Part shown: positions 17,724-27,014 of the stretch, in pieces | How the letters are laid out: each line of letters opens with the position of its first letter | Position numbering within the stretch: position 1 is the stretch's first letter | Source of the DNA: an uncultured Coriobacteriaceae bacterium | Lineage (GTDB): Bacteria; Actinomycetota; Coriobacteriia; Coriobacteriales; UMGS124 | Direction of reading: 5' to 3' | NCBI GenBank assembly: GCA_900539345.1 | Contig: UQBS01000006.1 | Span: 13,904-77,903, forward strand | DNA length: 64,000 bases | Position numbers and translations under genes: made by a program | Notes under the pieces: generated by a model | The model's database searches: none | Seen by the model: the letters and a program-made list of their open reading frames with translations, nothing else | What the model was told of the DNA's origin: nothing

Positions 17724-17776
17724 AAAACAAAGGTTATTTGATAACCTTTGTTTTTGAGAGTCGAAAACAAAGGTTA
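17724..17776. promoter_or_regulatory. perfect 14-bp inverted repeat plus a third half-site (candidate operator) in front of the Fic gene
   Basis: AAAACAAAGGTTAT (17724-17737), TTG, then ATAACCTTTGTTTT (17741-17754). A third copy AAAACAAAGGTTA lies at 17764-17776, 12 nt before the ATG at 17788. Confidence 0.7.
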
Positions 17777-17787
17777 GGCGGCAGGCC

Positions 17788-19092
17788 ATGGGTGTGTACC
17801 AGTCAGATTATTGGCAGTCCTGCGGGTGGGGAATGAACCGGCGAGAGACGCAAAGTGGGACATACCATCCGTTCTTGCCCGACAAGCTGGCAGGGCTCGA
17901 TATCATGCTGACACCCGAGGCGGTCTCGGCCGTGACGCAGGCGCAGTCTGCCGTGTTGCTGCTCAACCAAGAGGCGCGCTTTCTGACCAATACAGAACCT
18001 CTGGCGCGCCTGCTGTTGCGTTCTGAGGCGTTGGCCTCCTCTCGCATTGAGGGTTTGCAAATGAATGCCGGCAGGCTGCTCGAATTTGAGGCGCTTGACG
18101 AGCTGGGCGTGTCGCATCGACTCGATGGTGTGGAGGCCGCGGTCATGGCAAATATCGCCGCCATGAGCGACGCGGTGGATAGCATCGGGGCCGGCGACTC
18201 GATTACGGTGAATGACATTCGTGCTGTAAATGCGACCTTGCTTCAAGGGTCGCACCTTGAGGATGAGGGCGGAGTGCTGCGCACGATCCAAAACTGGATC
18301 GGCGGCAACAATGTCAACCCGGTTGGCGCTGCCTACGTACCACCCCGGCCCGAACATGTCCCGGAGCTGATGGAAGACCTCGCCCAATTCTGCAACACGT
18401 CGCCCTTGCCGGCGATTGCCGTGGCGGCGATAGCGCACGCTCAGCTCGAAACGATTCATCCGTTTGCGGATGGCAATGGGCGGACGGGTCGTGCCCTTGT
18501 GCACATGTTGTTGCACCGTGCGGGCCTGACTCCGAACAGCGTCCCTCCCATCTCGCTTGTGCTGGCAACGGACAAGGCACGCTACATCAACAATCTCCCA
18601 GCGTATCGATGCGATGACGGGCGATATGAAGGGGCAGATGAAAAGGCCGCTGCTCTGCAAGGGTGTATCAGCGATTGGGTGGAGTACTTTGCCAACGCGG
18701 TGCTGCTTGCTTGCGGGCGCGCGCAGGAGTTTGAGCACCGTATTGCCGATATTCAGGAAGAATGGCGCGGCCGCGGCACGATTCGCAAGAATTCGTCTGC
18801 CGATGTGCTCATCGAGGTCCTGCCAGGCAACCCTGTTGTCAGCGTCGTTTCGGCCGCTCGCCTGACAAGTAAAAGCGTCCAGGCTGCGCGCCTGGCGCTC
18901 AAGCAGCTGGAGAGCATGGGCATCCTGGTGCAGAATGCCAAGAACCGCAAGAGCAACATCTATGTCGCGCAAGAAATTTTGGATGCATTCACGGCGTACG
19001 AGCGAGCTCTGGTGGTGCCTGGCGGCGATACGTCTTCAGAGAAACCCATGCGACCCGTGCCTCTGCGCGTCCCGCGAGACCGCCGGCCATAA
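17788..19092 (+). CDS. Fic-family protein (AMPylase-type), class II with N-terminal inhibitory helix and C-terminal winged-helix-like tail
   Basis: Fic motif HPFADGNGRTGRAL. Inhibitory motif SSRIEG matches (S/T)xxxE(G/N). The start is uncertain (17788 or the ATG at 17833). GC3 is visibly lower than in neighbouring genes. Confidence 0.88.
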   Translation: MGVYQSDYWQSCGWGMNRRETQSGTYHPFLPDKLAGLDIMLTPEAVSAVTQAQSAVLLLNQEARFLTNTEPLARLLLRSEALASSRIEGLQMNAGRLLEFEALDELGVSHRLDGVEAAVMANIAAMSDAVDSIGAGDSITVNDIRAVNATLLQGSHLEDEGGVLRTIQNWIGGNNVNPVGAAYVPPRPEHVPELMEDLAQFCNTSPLPAIAVAAIAHAQLETIHPFADGNGRTGRALVHMLLHRAGLTPNSVPPISLVLATDKARYINNLPAYRCDDGRYEGADEKAAALQGCISDWVEYFANAVLLACGRAQEFEHRIADIQEEWRGRGTIRKNSSADVLIEVLPGNPVVSVVSAARLTSKSVQAARLALKQLESMGILVQNAKNRKSNIYVAQEILDAFTAYERALVVPGGDTSSEKPMRPVPLRVPRDRRP

Positions 19093-19101
19093 ACGCAAAA
19101 G

Positions 19102-19143
19102 GCCCCGCGCTGCCTGCTGGTTTGCAGGGCGGCGCGGGGCTTT
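19102..19143. terminator. bidirectional GC-rich hairpin between the convergent fic and mop genes
   Basis: GCCCCGCGCTGCCTGC pairs with GCAGGGCGGCGCGGGGC (one bulge). Flanked by an A-run on the left and TTT on the right. Confidence 0.6.
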
Positions 19144-19172
19144 GCTGTGCAGGTTGGCTTGGAGCCGAAACC

Positions 19173-19601
19173 TTAGGCCTCGACGGCGACGAGCACGTCG
19201 GTGCTCTTCACGAAGGCGACGGCAGGCTTGCCGACCTCGAGGCCAAGCTCCTCGATGGCAGCGTTGGTGATGGAGCCGGAGACGGTCAGGCCGTACTCGG
19301 TGGTGATGGTCACATGGCCGTTGACGGCGCCCTTCTGGATTTTGGTGACCTCGCCGCAGAACTGGTTGCGGGCAGAGATCTGCAGGTGCTGGCCGGCCTC
19401 GGCGAACATGACGTTGGTGGCCTTGACCACGGCGATGGCGGGCTTGCCGGCCTCGAGGCCCAGATCCTCGACGGCCTCGCAGGTGATGTCGGCCTTGATG
19501 TTCTTGCCGGGGGCAACCTCGATGGCGACGACGGCGTTGACGGCGCCCTTCTCGACGGAGACGACGGTGCCGGCGAACTGGTTGCGGGCGGAAATCTTCA
19601 T
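19173..19601 (-). CDS. mop: molybdenum-pterin/molybdate-binding protein, di-Mop (two TOBE domains)
   Basis: 142 aa with two repeats: MKISARNQFAGTVVSVEKGAVNAVV... and LQISARNQFCGEVTKIQKGAVNGHV... The ATG at 19601 is preceded by GAAAGGAAG. The longer ORF to 19811 was trimmed. Confidence 0.88.
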   Translation of the reverse strand: MKISARNQFAGTVVSVEKGAVNAVVAIEVAPGKNIKADITCEAVEDLGLEAGKPAIAVVKATNVMFAEAGQHLQISARNQFCGEVTKIQKGAVNGHVTITTEYGLTVSGSITNAAIEELGLEVGKPAVAFVKSTDVLVAVEA

Positions 19602-19900
19602 GATGCGCTTCCTTTCGATGGTTGCGGGCGGCTGCCACTGCAAGTGCCGCGCCTGGCTGACGAGGGGAACTATAAGCCATGGGGTTTGGCGCTCCGGTCT
19701 TCGCGCCAACATTTGAGTTCTGTTGTACCAACGCGTGCCAATCAGCAATCGAACGTGCGTAGAAAAGACTCGATTTGTCCGATTGCCAATCTGGCAATGC
19801 CATTCTGTCATTCCATATTGAGGCCTGTGCCAGCGACTTTATATAATGGAGTTAGTATCGAGCCCTGTGTGGGCGCACGTTCGGCAGAAGGGAAGACATC

Positions 19901-21670
19901 ATGAGCAAGAACATGCGACTCTTTGGTACGCGCGGATACGGTGCTGCATTTGCTGGAACTCTGATCGCCCTGACGCTCGGCGGGGCATGCATGATGGGGA
20001 CGTTTGCGGCAACGGCACAGGCCGACACGGCAGCCACGGGCTTGGGCGGCATCGCCGCGGCCCAGGGCGCAGCCTCACCGCTTGCGGGCATCGGCGACGG
20101 CAAGGCTTCCCCCATCGCCTCCCTTGAGGACGAGGACGTGCTGCTTGCCACCTACAGCAATGCGGCACAGGGGTTCTCGCTGCTTGTAGACGCCGGTTCC
20201 TTTACGGTGAGTGAGGGCCAGGGTGCGGGCGCGACGTTCGTCCTGAACGCCGACGCGTCCTCCTACTTTGCCGTCTCCTACGTCGCTGACTGGGAAGGCA
20301 CGCCCGATGTGGGCGAGTACCTGGAAGAACAGCTCTGGCACGGCCAGATGGAGCATGGTGACTCCTATGTGCAGGTGAGTGCTGACGGCGGCGAGGTCAT
20401 CTACCTGGCTGGTGTGGGTGCCTATGCGTGCGCCTATGGGTACGTCGACTCCTCGACGGGTCAGAACATGACCGTCATCCAGGCCATGGAGCCCCGCTCT
20501 GACGGCAACGCTGTGTATTGGACGTTGTGCACGAGCGACGAGTCTGCCGAGCAGGTCGCCACGGCGCTCGTCTGGGCCTCGGCCACCTTCCGCGTGGGTG
20601 CGGACGCCTATACGGGCAGCAACATGTGGTGCGCGCCCTCTGACCTGGCGCAAAGGCCTTCAGGAAGCACATACTCGCTGGTAGATGACGCGGGCAACAC
20701 TGCCGCGACTCCCGCTCCTGCAACTTCGGCCGATACGACGACTCCCACTCCTGCCGCCTCGGCCGACACAGCGGCCCCTGCACCCGCCCAGCCCGCCGCA
20801 ACCCCCGCCCCTGCGCAGCCTGCGCCCACCCAGACGTCCGCAACTGCTGGAACCTACCAGATCGTGGACTATGACGGCGGGTACTTCACTGTCGCGCTGC
20901 CTCAGGGTTGGTCCATCCAGACATCGGGGGAGGGGGCCGGCTTCACCTTCGAGGCGTTTGACCCAGCCAACCCTGCCGTGCGCATCGTCTACTACGGTGA
21001 GCTGGCATTTAACCTCAACGAGCAGATGCGCGAGCTGTTTGCCCTCTCCACCTCTTCCGGCGATGCGACGCTCGACCAGCTGTACACGCTGTACGCCAAC
21101 CTTCCCGTGCTCGACCCCTGCACGGTTGCCAATGCCGTGAGCCTGCTGCCTGCCTATACGCAGCTCACGCTCGACATGGGCGGCGTCGACGACGGCACGG
21201 GCCTCATGGTTTCCTCGGCCCAGGTCACCTCGAGCATACCGGTGTCGTATTACTCGGCCTTCCCGGGCATGGCGGGCTATGTGCGAGATGACGCCCTGGT
21301 GAGCGCCGAACTCACGCTGCTCGATGGCACGGCCTGCAGGGCGGACTTCTTGGGCAGTGCGATTGCCTTGGGATATGAGGGCGGCTACGGCATGGCTGCC
21401 GTCATGGGAATGTGGGGCATCATTGCGCCTGCCGACATGTACGACGACGTCGTGGCCCAGCTTGCTCCCTGCGTGGGCACCCTGTCCTTCTCGGATGAGT
21501 ACGTTGCCCAGTGCAACGCTGCAAACGACGCCATCGCAGCCGCCGCTCTCGATCGTTCGGCTGCCAACAACGCCGTGATGGACCAGGCGCTGCAGGACTT
21601 TGATGACTACATCATGGACCGCGACCGCTTCACGTTCTCCGACGGTTCCCAGCTTGTCATTCAGCGTTAA
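19901..21670 (+). CDS. secreted hypothetical protein with a Pro/Ala/Thr-rich linker
   Basis: Signal-like N-terminus ...AAFAGTLIALTLGGACMMGTFAATAQA. Central low-complexity TPAPATSADTTTPTPAASADTAAPAPAQPAATPAPAQPAPTQ. SD GAAGGGAAGA lies upstream. Confidence 0.7.
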   Translation: MSKNMRLFGTRGYGAAFAGTLIALTLGGACMMGTFAATAQADTAATGLGGIAAAQGAASPLAGIGDGKASPIASLEDEDVLLATYSNAAQGFSLLVDAGSFTVSEGQGAGATFVLNADASSYFAVSYVADWEGTPDVGEYLEEQLWHGQMEHGDSYVQVSADGGEVIYLAGVGAYACAYGYVDSSTGQNMTVIQAMEPRSDGNAVYWTLCTSDESAEQVATALVWASATFRVGADAYTGSNMWCAPSDLAQRPSGSTYSLVDDAGNTAATPAPATSADTTTPTPAASADTAAPAPAQPAATPAPAQPAPTQTSATAGTYQIVDYDGGYFTVALPQGWSIQTSGEGAGFTFEAFDPANPAVRIVYYGELAFNLNEQMRELFALSTSSGDATLDQLYTLYANLPVLDPCTVANAVSLLPAYTQLTLDMGGVDDGTGLMVSSAQVTSSIPVSYYSAFPGMAGYVRDDALVSAELTLLDGTACRADFLGSAIALGYEGGYGMAAVMGMWGIIAPADMYDDVVAQLAPCVGTLSFSDEYVAQCNAANDAIAAAALDRSAANNAVMDQALQDFDDYIMDRDRFTFSDGSQLVIQR

Positions 21671-21706
21671 ACAGTTTTTTAGCATTGAAGAGAGTCGGCG
21701 GGGGGC

Positions 21707-21744
21707 GCGGGGCGCGATGCGGCCTTGGCGCCCCGCTGGCTTTT
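21707..21744 (+). terminator. probable intrinsic terminator
   Basis: GCGGGGCGC (21707-21715) pairs with GCGCCCCGC (21728-21736), followed by TGGCTTTT. Confidence 0.5.
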
Positions 21745-21860
21745 CTGCCTGCTAGTATGGATGTGCGGCCCGCGCTCGGGGCGTCTCGCCTTTTGGGCAT
21801 GCGGCGCGCCATTCTACAAGTGAAGTCACACAAGGGGTCGATGAGCCAAGGGAGTCAGCC

Positions 21861-23651
21861 ATGAAACGAACCGATGTCAGCCATGCCTGCACGCGACGCA
21901 CGTTTGCCCTGGCAGGGTTCGCCCTTGCCGCGTCTGCCGCTGTGTCTGCGCCTGTGCGAGCGGCCCATGCCGTGGGCCTGTTGCCCGGAGCCATGCCTCT
22001 GTCCGACACGGACGACGCTGCCTCGATTCAGGCCGGTCCCTTTGACGACCTTCCCACAGATCCACTTGAGCGTCTCTCGGCTCTGTGCACGTTGTTCCAA
22101 GCTCAGGTTGAGGACTTCGCCGCCGTGTACGCGTCTTCAGTTGAGAACGGCGACAACGCCTATGCCCAGCCGATGCTCGACCTCGTGGACCTGTGCAACG
22201 CGGGCTACGAGGAACTTGAGGCAATCTATGACGCGCTCGCCTCTCAAGAGACCGGCCCGGAGGTCGGCCTCGGCATGGATGTCTGCGTGATTGTGGCGCG
22301 CACCCTGGCGTTTTACTCCGGTTACTACCATTCGAGCGATCCCCTCATGGAGATGCAGGTCCAGGCGGCGCAGGGTGCCTACGCCGACAACCTTGAGCTG
22401 CTCGATGCGATGTACGGCGCCCTCGGTCAGGTGCGCGACAACTACAGGATGCTCGACCTTCCCGCCTACATGAGCGACCTGTGGCCCCATTACATCAAGC
22501 AAATCGATGCCTACCAGGAGAAACTCTACGCCGACTATATCTCGCTTGTGCGCAACGACGTCCTTATGGCGTGTTCGGCATCGTGGCTCCTGATGCGCCA
22601 GCCCTACATCATGCTGCACTATGAGCAGCTCATGTACGCCCTTATGCGCGCCCAGTTCCAGAACGCCGCCGACACGCTTGCCGCAGGCTCGGGCGAAGGC
22701 GCCTGTGCCATGGTGGAGCATGCGTTGAGCGACGAGATCTACCCCAATCTCTACCCCTCGTCGGACTCGGTGGCCAACGTTGCAATCTACACCGAGGGCG
22801 GTGCGTGCGACGTGCTCATCGAGGTGCAGGTAGACGGCTTCTCCCAGCTCTACCGCCAAAAGATAACCGCCACGCCTGAGATTGCGTACTTCATGATCAA
22901 GCCGCCGGTGGCAAGCGACGCGGGTAACCTGACGAGCGAGCGCGACACCCAGCTCACGCTCACGGTGACCGACCTGGGTTCCAACGGGCTCATCGCCCAG
23001 GAAACGCGGACGGTCACGCTGCACAGCCTGTACGACTTCACGCTTGAAAGCAACGAGTTCGGCATCGTCGAGCCGTACAACGTGCTCGCCTGGATGCGTC
23101 CTGACGCGCAGGAGGTGCTGGACATCCGCCGCGCCGCCATTGACTGGCTTGAGGCAAACATGGGTGCCGATTACAACACGCTGCCTGGCTACCAGCTGGG
23201 ATATCCCGGGGAGGACGAGGCGAAGACGGTCCTCATTCAGGCCGTTGCCATTCAGGGCGCGATCTCCGACATGGGCGTGCGCTACAACATGGGGCCGTAC
23301 TCGTTTGGCGCGATGCAGCGCGTGCTCACCCCCGACGCCGTGGTGCGCTCCAAGTCGGGCATCTGCATTGAGACCGCGCTGCTCGTGGCGTCGTGCCTGC
23401 AGTCGGCCGACATGCACGCCATGGTGCTCATCCTTCCCGGTCACGCCCAGGTTGCCCTGGAGACCTGGGAGGGGAGCGGCCAGTACATCCTGCTTGAGAC
23501 CACAACCCTGCCCTTCACGGGATCCGACGTCTCCTCCTACATCTCGACTCCGACTAACGACGAGTGGACTTCCTATCTGAGCGACGACGGCACCTACGTC
23601 ATCGACTGCAACCTCGCTTCCACCCTGGGCATCCGAGGCCTGGCGGTGTAG
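21861..23651 (+). CDS. secreted protein with C-terminal transglutaminase-like cysteine-protease core
   Basis: Tat-like leader MKRTDVSHACTRRTFALAGFALAASAAVSAPVRAAHA. The C-terminal segment KSGICIETALLVASCLQSADMHAMVLILPGHAQVALE...ILLETT fits a Cys-His-acid arrangement. Confidence 0.68.
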   Translation: MKRTDVSHACTRRTFALAGFALAASAAVSAPVRAAHAVGLLPGAMPLSDTDDAASIQAGPFDDLPTDPLERLSALCTLFQAQVEDFAAVYASSVENGDNAYAQPMLDLVDLCNAGYEELEAIYDALASQETGPEVGLGMDVCVIVARTLAFYSGYYHSSDPLMEMQVQAAQGAYADNLELLDAMYGALGQVRDNYRMLDLPAYMSDLWPHYIKQIDAYQEKLYADYISLVRNDVLMACSASWLLMRQPYIMLHYEQLMYALMRAQFQNAADTLAAGSGEGACAMVEHALSDEIYPNLYPSSDSVANVAIYTEGGACDVLIEVQVDGFSQLYRQKITATPEIAYFMIKPPVASDAGNLTSERDTQLTLTVTDLGSNGLIAQETRTVTLHSLYDFTLESNEFGIVEPYNVLAWMRPDAQEVLDIRRAAIDWLEANMGADYNTLPGYQLGYPGEDEAKTVLIQAVAIQGAISDMGVRYNMGPYSFGAMQRVLTPDAVVRSKSGICIETALLVASCLQSADMHAMVLILPGHAQVALETWEGSGQYILLETTTLPFTGSDVSSYISTPTNDEWTSYLSDDGTYVIDCNLASTLGIRGLAV

Positions 23652-23708
23652 GGGAGGGTGCTTAGAGCCCAACTCAAAGGTAATGGGCTAGCTCAGAGGC
23701 CAGCCTCG

Positions 23709-23752
23709 GCCCTGGTTGCGGTGATGGGGTAACCATCGCCCGCAACCAGGGC
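23709..23752. terminator. 13-bp-stem hairpin between convergent genes
   Basis: GCCCTGGTTGCGG (23709-23721) pairs with CCGCAACCAGGGC (23740-23752), followed by TTTCGCTT. Confidence 0.65.
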
Positions 23753-23759
23753 TTTCGCT

Positions 23760-25235
23760 TCACTTTGTCATTCTGGGTGCGTCGGTCGCTGCGGAGGAGG
23801 TCACACCGAGGAGCTCGTTTAATTCACAACGTCCGCTTGTGCCCGTTTTCTCATAGATATGACTGACGTGGGCTTTGGCCGTGCCTTCGGCTATGCCCAG
23901 CTCGCAGGCGATTTCATGGGTGGTCTTTTCCTTGGCGAGCAGGCGCAGCACCTCGTCTTCGCGCGGGCTGAGACGTGACGCGCGGCTTACCTCGTCGCAG
24001 CGCGCGGAGACAAGCTCCTCGCGGCGGCTCTGCTCTCCCAGGCTGCCAGCGTCGAGCAGGGAGACGCCCCACTTGGTGGTGAGCTCGCGTTCGGAGAACA
24101 GCAGGAACGTGGCGACGGTGATGGCGCCGACGACGGCCAGGCTTAAGACGATGGTCTGCGTCTCACTCGACAAGGAGCTGGCCTGCAGCGCGCTTGCCAG
24201 CGTGTCTCCCGCGATAATGAAGACCTGCATCGCGTTCTTGATGCCAAACAAGGCGATGACGACGATGCCCATGCGCTTGACGATGTCGTACAGCAAAAGG
24301 GTGAAGAACGTGTTGGCAAGGACGTAGCTTGTCGAGACGAAAAGGTTCGAAACGGCGGGTCCTACGAAGCCCTCGGCGGGAATAAGCAAGAAACCGCAGA
24401 TCATAAGGGGAATGGGTGAGCGATACAGCAGGCTCAGGCTGAACTTATCGGCAAAGAAGCGGGCGCCCACGAAGAGGAACGCCATAACGATGACCGTGGC
24501 TATGTTGGTGGAAATGTTTCCCGAAGCCGTGAGCGTCTCCTGACGGATGCCATACGCAAACGAGTACACGCCCAAGAGTAGCACGATTTTCCAAGGAAAT
24601 GTGAATCGCACGTCGGTGCGCTGGGGGCGCGCGGTGACCGGCGTGCTGTGCCAGGCGCGGTCGATGCTGTGAATGGCAACGAGGGGCAGCACGACGATGG
24701 CGACTCCCAAGCGAAGGGGGTCGAGGCCCTGGCAGAAAAACAGGATGACTAGGGCCAGAATCTGGGCGGATGCGAGCTGCATCACGATGCGGCGCATACT
24801 GAGGGTGCTTAGGACCTCCGACCACAGCAGGAGTAGCAGCGCAAAGCCGGCCCCAGCCAAGACGGCGCCCGCTGCGGTCAGTGCGCCGGCGGCTTGCGTG
24901 AGCGTCGCCTGCTCGGGGGTCATACCCATGACGCAGATGCAGCATGCCGAGGCGGCAAGCATGCAGGCGAGCGCCGCGCCGCGCGCCCAGCGCTTCTCGC
25001 ACAGTGGGGCTATGGCGTGAGCCGCGACGACGACGATGATGCTTGCCGTGCAATATACGAGGTCAAACAAGGTGTAATGCAATGGCGCGAGGTCGGGCAG
25101 CGCCACATGGGGGGAGGCGTATGTGAGCGTGAGCCAGGCTCGGCCGAATGCGAGGGCGAGAAACCACGGCAAGATGTCCAGAGTGGTCGTCTTGTTGATT
25201 CTGTCTTGACTGTGCTTTGCGGCTATGTCGGCCAC
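23760..25235 (-). CDS. LuxR-family transcriptional regulator with N-terminal polytopic membrane domain
   Basis: C-terminal SPREDEVLRLLAKEKTTHEIACELGIAEGTAKAHVSHIYEKTGTSGRCELNELL, with many TM segments upstream of it. Preferred start is the GTG at 25235, preceded by AAGGGGGAA. The ORF track begins at a TTG at 25259. Confidence 0.82.
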   Translation of the reverse strand: MADIAAKHSQDRINKTTTLDILPWFLALAFGRAWLTLTYASPHVALPDLAPLHYTLFDLVYCTASIIVVVAAHAIAPLCEKRWARGAALACMLAASACCICVMGMTPEQATLTQAAGALTAAGAVLAGAGFALLLLLWSEVLSTLSMRRIVMQLASAQILALVILFFCQGLDPLRLGVAIVVLPLVAIHSIDRAWHSTPVTARPQRTDVRFTFPWKIVLLLGVYSFAYGIRQETLTASGNISTNIATVIVMAFLFVGARFFADKFSLSLLYRSPIPLMICGFLLIPAEGFVGPAVSNLFVSTSYVLANTFFTLLLYDIVKRMGIVVIALFGIKNAMQVFIIAGDTLASALQASSLSSETQTIVLSLAVVGAITVATFLLFSERELTTKWGVSLLDAGSLGEQSRREELVSARCDEVSRASRLSPREDEVLRLLAKEKTTHEIACELGIAEGTAKAHVSHIYEKTGTSGRCELNELLGVTSSAATDAPRMTK

Positions 25236-25376
25236 GGCAGTGTTCCCCCTTGCACACAACAGGCCCCGACCACCCTCGTGTTGTTTGAGAGGCGGCCGGG
25301 GCTTTCGATGAGCGAATGCCGGTGGGATTATAGGCGATGAGTCCGTGCCCGATATTGCTCGAAGGACCTTTTGGGC

Positions 25377-27014
25377 CTACAGGTTCGCGGCGAACTTACC
25401 GGCGATATAGCCCGTGGTGAGGGCGCGGCCGATGGACAGGCCGTGGATGTACATCGGGTAGTCAACGCCGCCGAAGAAGGGACCCGAGACGTTGCCCGTG
25501 GCGAACAGACCCTCGATAGGCTCGTCGTTGTCGTTGAGTACCTGGCAGTCGGTGTTGATGACCAGGCCGCCCAGGATGGCTGCCACGCCGCCGTCGCCGC
25601 GACGGATGCCGTAGAAGGGAGGCGTGTCGATGGGCTTGAGGTAGGCGGCGTTCTTGCCGAAGTCGTCATCGGCACCGGCGGCCACAAGCTCGTTGTAGCG
25701 AGCGACGCTCTCGACGAGGCCGTCGACATCGATCTGCCAGTCGATCTCCTTCTCCTTGCAGTAGGCGTTGATTGCCTCGCCGAGCTCCTCGATGGTGTTG
25801 CCGGAGACGAAGCGCTCCTCACGCACGGTAGAGATGTCGTTGTTGAACGGATCGACTGCGACCATCTCCTCGCCCTGCTGCTGCCAGTTGGCATCGCAAA
25901 TCTGGTAGAAGATGCCGGCCTTGATGTTGCCGCTCTTCTGCACGGCCTCATGCCAGTAGTTGCTGGTGTAGCCCATCGTGGGGCCCTCGCACATGAAGCG
26001 CTTGCCGTCGGGGCCCACTGCCATGAAGGGTACGTCGCAACGACGGCCGCCGAGGCCCTCGTGGACCATCTTGCAGTGGTTGATGTTCTCGATGTGGCCG
26101 CCGGCCCACACGCCCATGCGGTGGCCGTCGCCGAACTTGTTGATGGCGCCAGTCTTCAGGCCCAGGCAGTCGGGCATGTAGTAGGCAACCATCTCGGGGT
26201 TGTTCATATAGCAGCCCGTAGCCAGGATGACGCCCTTGGAAGCCTTGAACAGGGTGTATACGCCGTCGTCGGTCTCGGCAATGGCGCCATCGACGCGGTC
26301 GCCGTCCTTGTGCAGCTGCACGGCGGGAGCGTTGTAGAAGAAGGAAACGCCGTCGGCCTCAAGCTGGGCGGAAACAGCGGAGGCAACGCTGGCGTAGCCG
26401 CCGTCGAGTTCCTCGTAGTTGGCCAGGTGGAAGTAGATGGGATAGCCGTTGTACTCCACGGAGTAGTCGATGGGCGTGCCCTCGACGCCGCATGCGGTGA
26501 CGTAGTCCTCGAAGGAGCGGACGGCCTCGCTGGAGTTGCGGGCCCAGGACTCGACGAGCGCGCGGTTGGCGCGGTGGTCGTTGGTCTGGATCACCATGGA
26601 GACGCAAGCCTCGATGGCGGCATCGCTCGTCTTGTCCAGATCGATGCTGGCGGCCTCCATGCCCTGGGCCACCGCGGCACCCTCGCGGACGAGCACGGCT
26701 ACGTTGGCGCCGGCGTCATGGGCGGCCTTGGCGGCGGCAAGGCCGGCGTTGCCTGCGCCGACGACCACGACATCGAATTCCTGCGTGTCGGCGAAGTCCT
26801 CGATGGGTGCCGGCGGAACGAGGAAGTTGGGCGTGTTGTCGGGAAGGTTTGCAGCATCAAAAGAAGGCATGTTTGCGATGGGCGTGCCCAGCTTTTCTGC
26901 GGCGGCCTCGTCAGCGAGAGCCACGGAGCTGGCGGCTGCACCGGCGACGGCTGCGATGCCGGCGGCCTTGACGGCGCCCCTACGGGAGATGGGAGTGGCG
27001 ATGCGTGCGTTCAT
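25377..27014 (-). CDS. Tat-exported FAD-dependent oxidoreductase (FAD_binding_2 type), third paralog in the window
   Basis: Leader MNARIATPISRRGAVKAAGIAAVAGAAASSVALA. DVVVVGAGNAGLAAAKAAHDAGANVAVL and C-terminal GLFATGNVSGPFFGG. The ATG at 27014 follows AAAGGGGAT. The mirror plus-strand ORF was rejected. Confidence 0.85.
   Translation of the reverse strand: MNARIATPISRRGAVKAAGIAAVAGAAASSVALADEAAAEKLGTPIANMPSFDAANLPDNTPNFLVPPAPIEDFADTQEFDVVVVGAGNAGLAAAKAAHDAGANVAVLVREGAAVAQGMEAASIDLDKTSDAAIEACVSMVIQTNDHRANRALVESWARNSSEAVRSFEDYVTACGVEGTPIDYSVEYNGYPIYFHLANYEELDGGYASVASAVSAQLEADGVSFFYNAPAVQLHKDGDRVDGAIAETDDGVYTLFKASKGVILATGCYMNNPEMVAYYMPDCLGLKTGAINKFGDGHRMGVWAGGHIENINHCKMVHEGLGGRRCDVPFMAVGPDGKRFMCEGPTMGYTSNYWHEAVQKSGNIKAGIFYQICDANWQQQGEEMVAVDPFNNDISTVREERFVSGNTIEELGEAINAYCKEKEIDWQIDVDGLVESVARYNELVAAGADDDFGKNAAYLKPIDTPPFYGIRRGDGGVAAILGGLVINTDCQVLNDNDEPIEGLFATGNVSGPFFGGVDYPMYIHGLSIGRALTTGYIAGKFAANL

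Noticed and set aside
17574-17836. Small ORFs 17574-17789 (-) and 17615-17836 (+) across the iteron and palindrome region.
   Set aside because: They are generated by the repeats themselves. They have no SD, their products are low-complexity, and they overlap the fic start.
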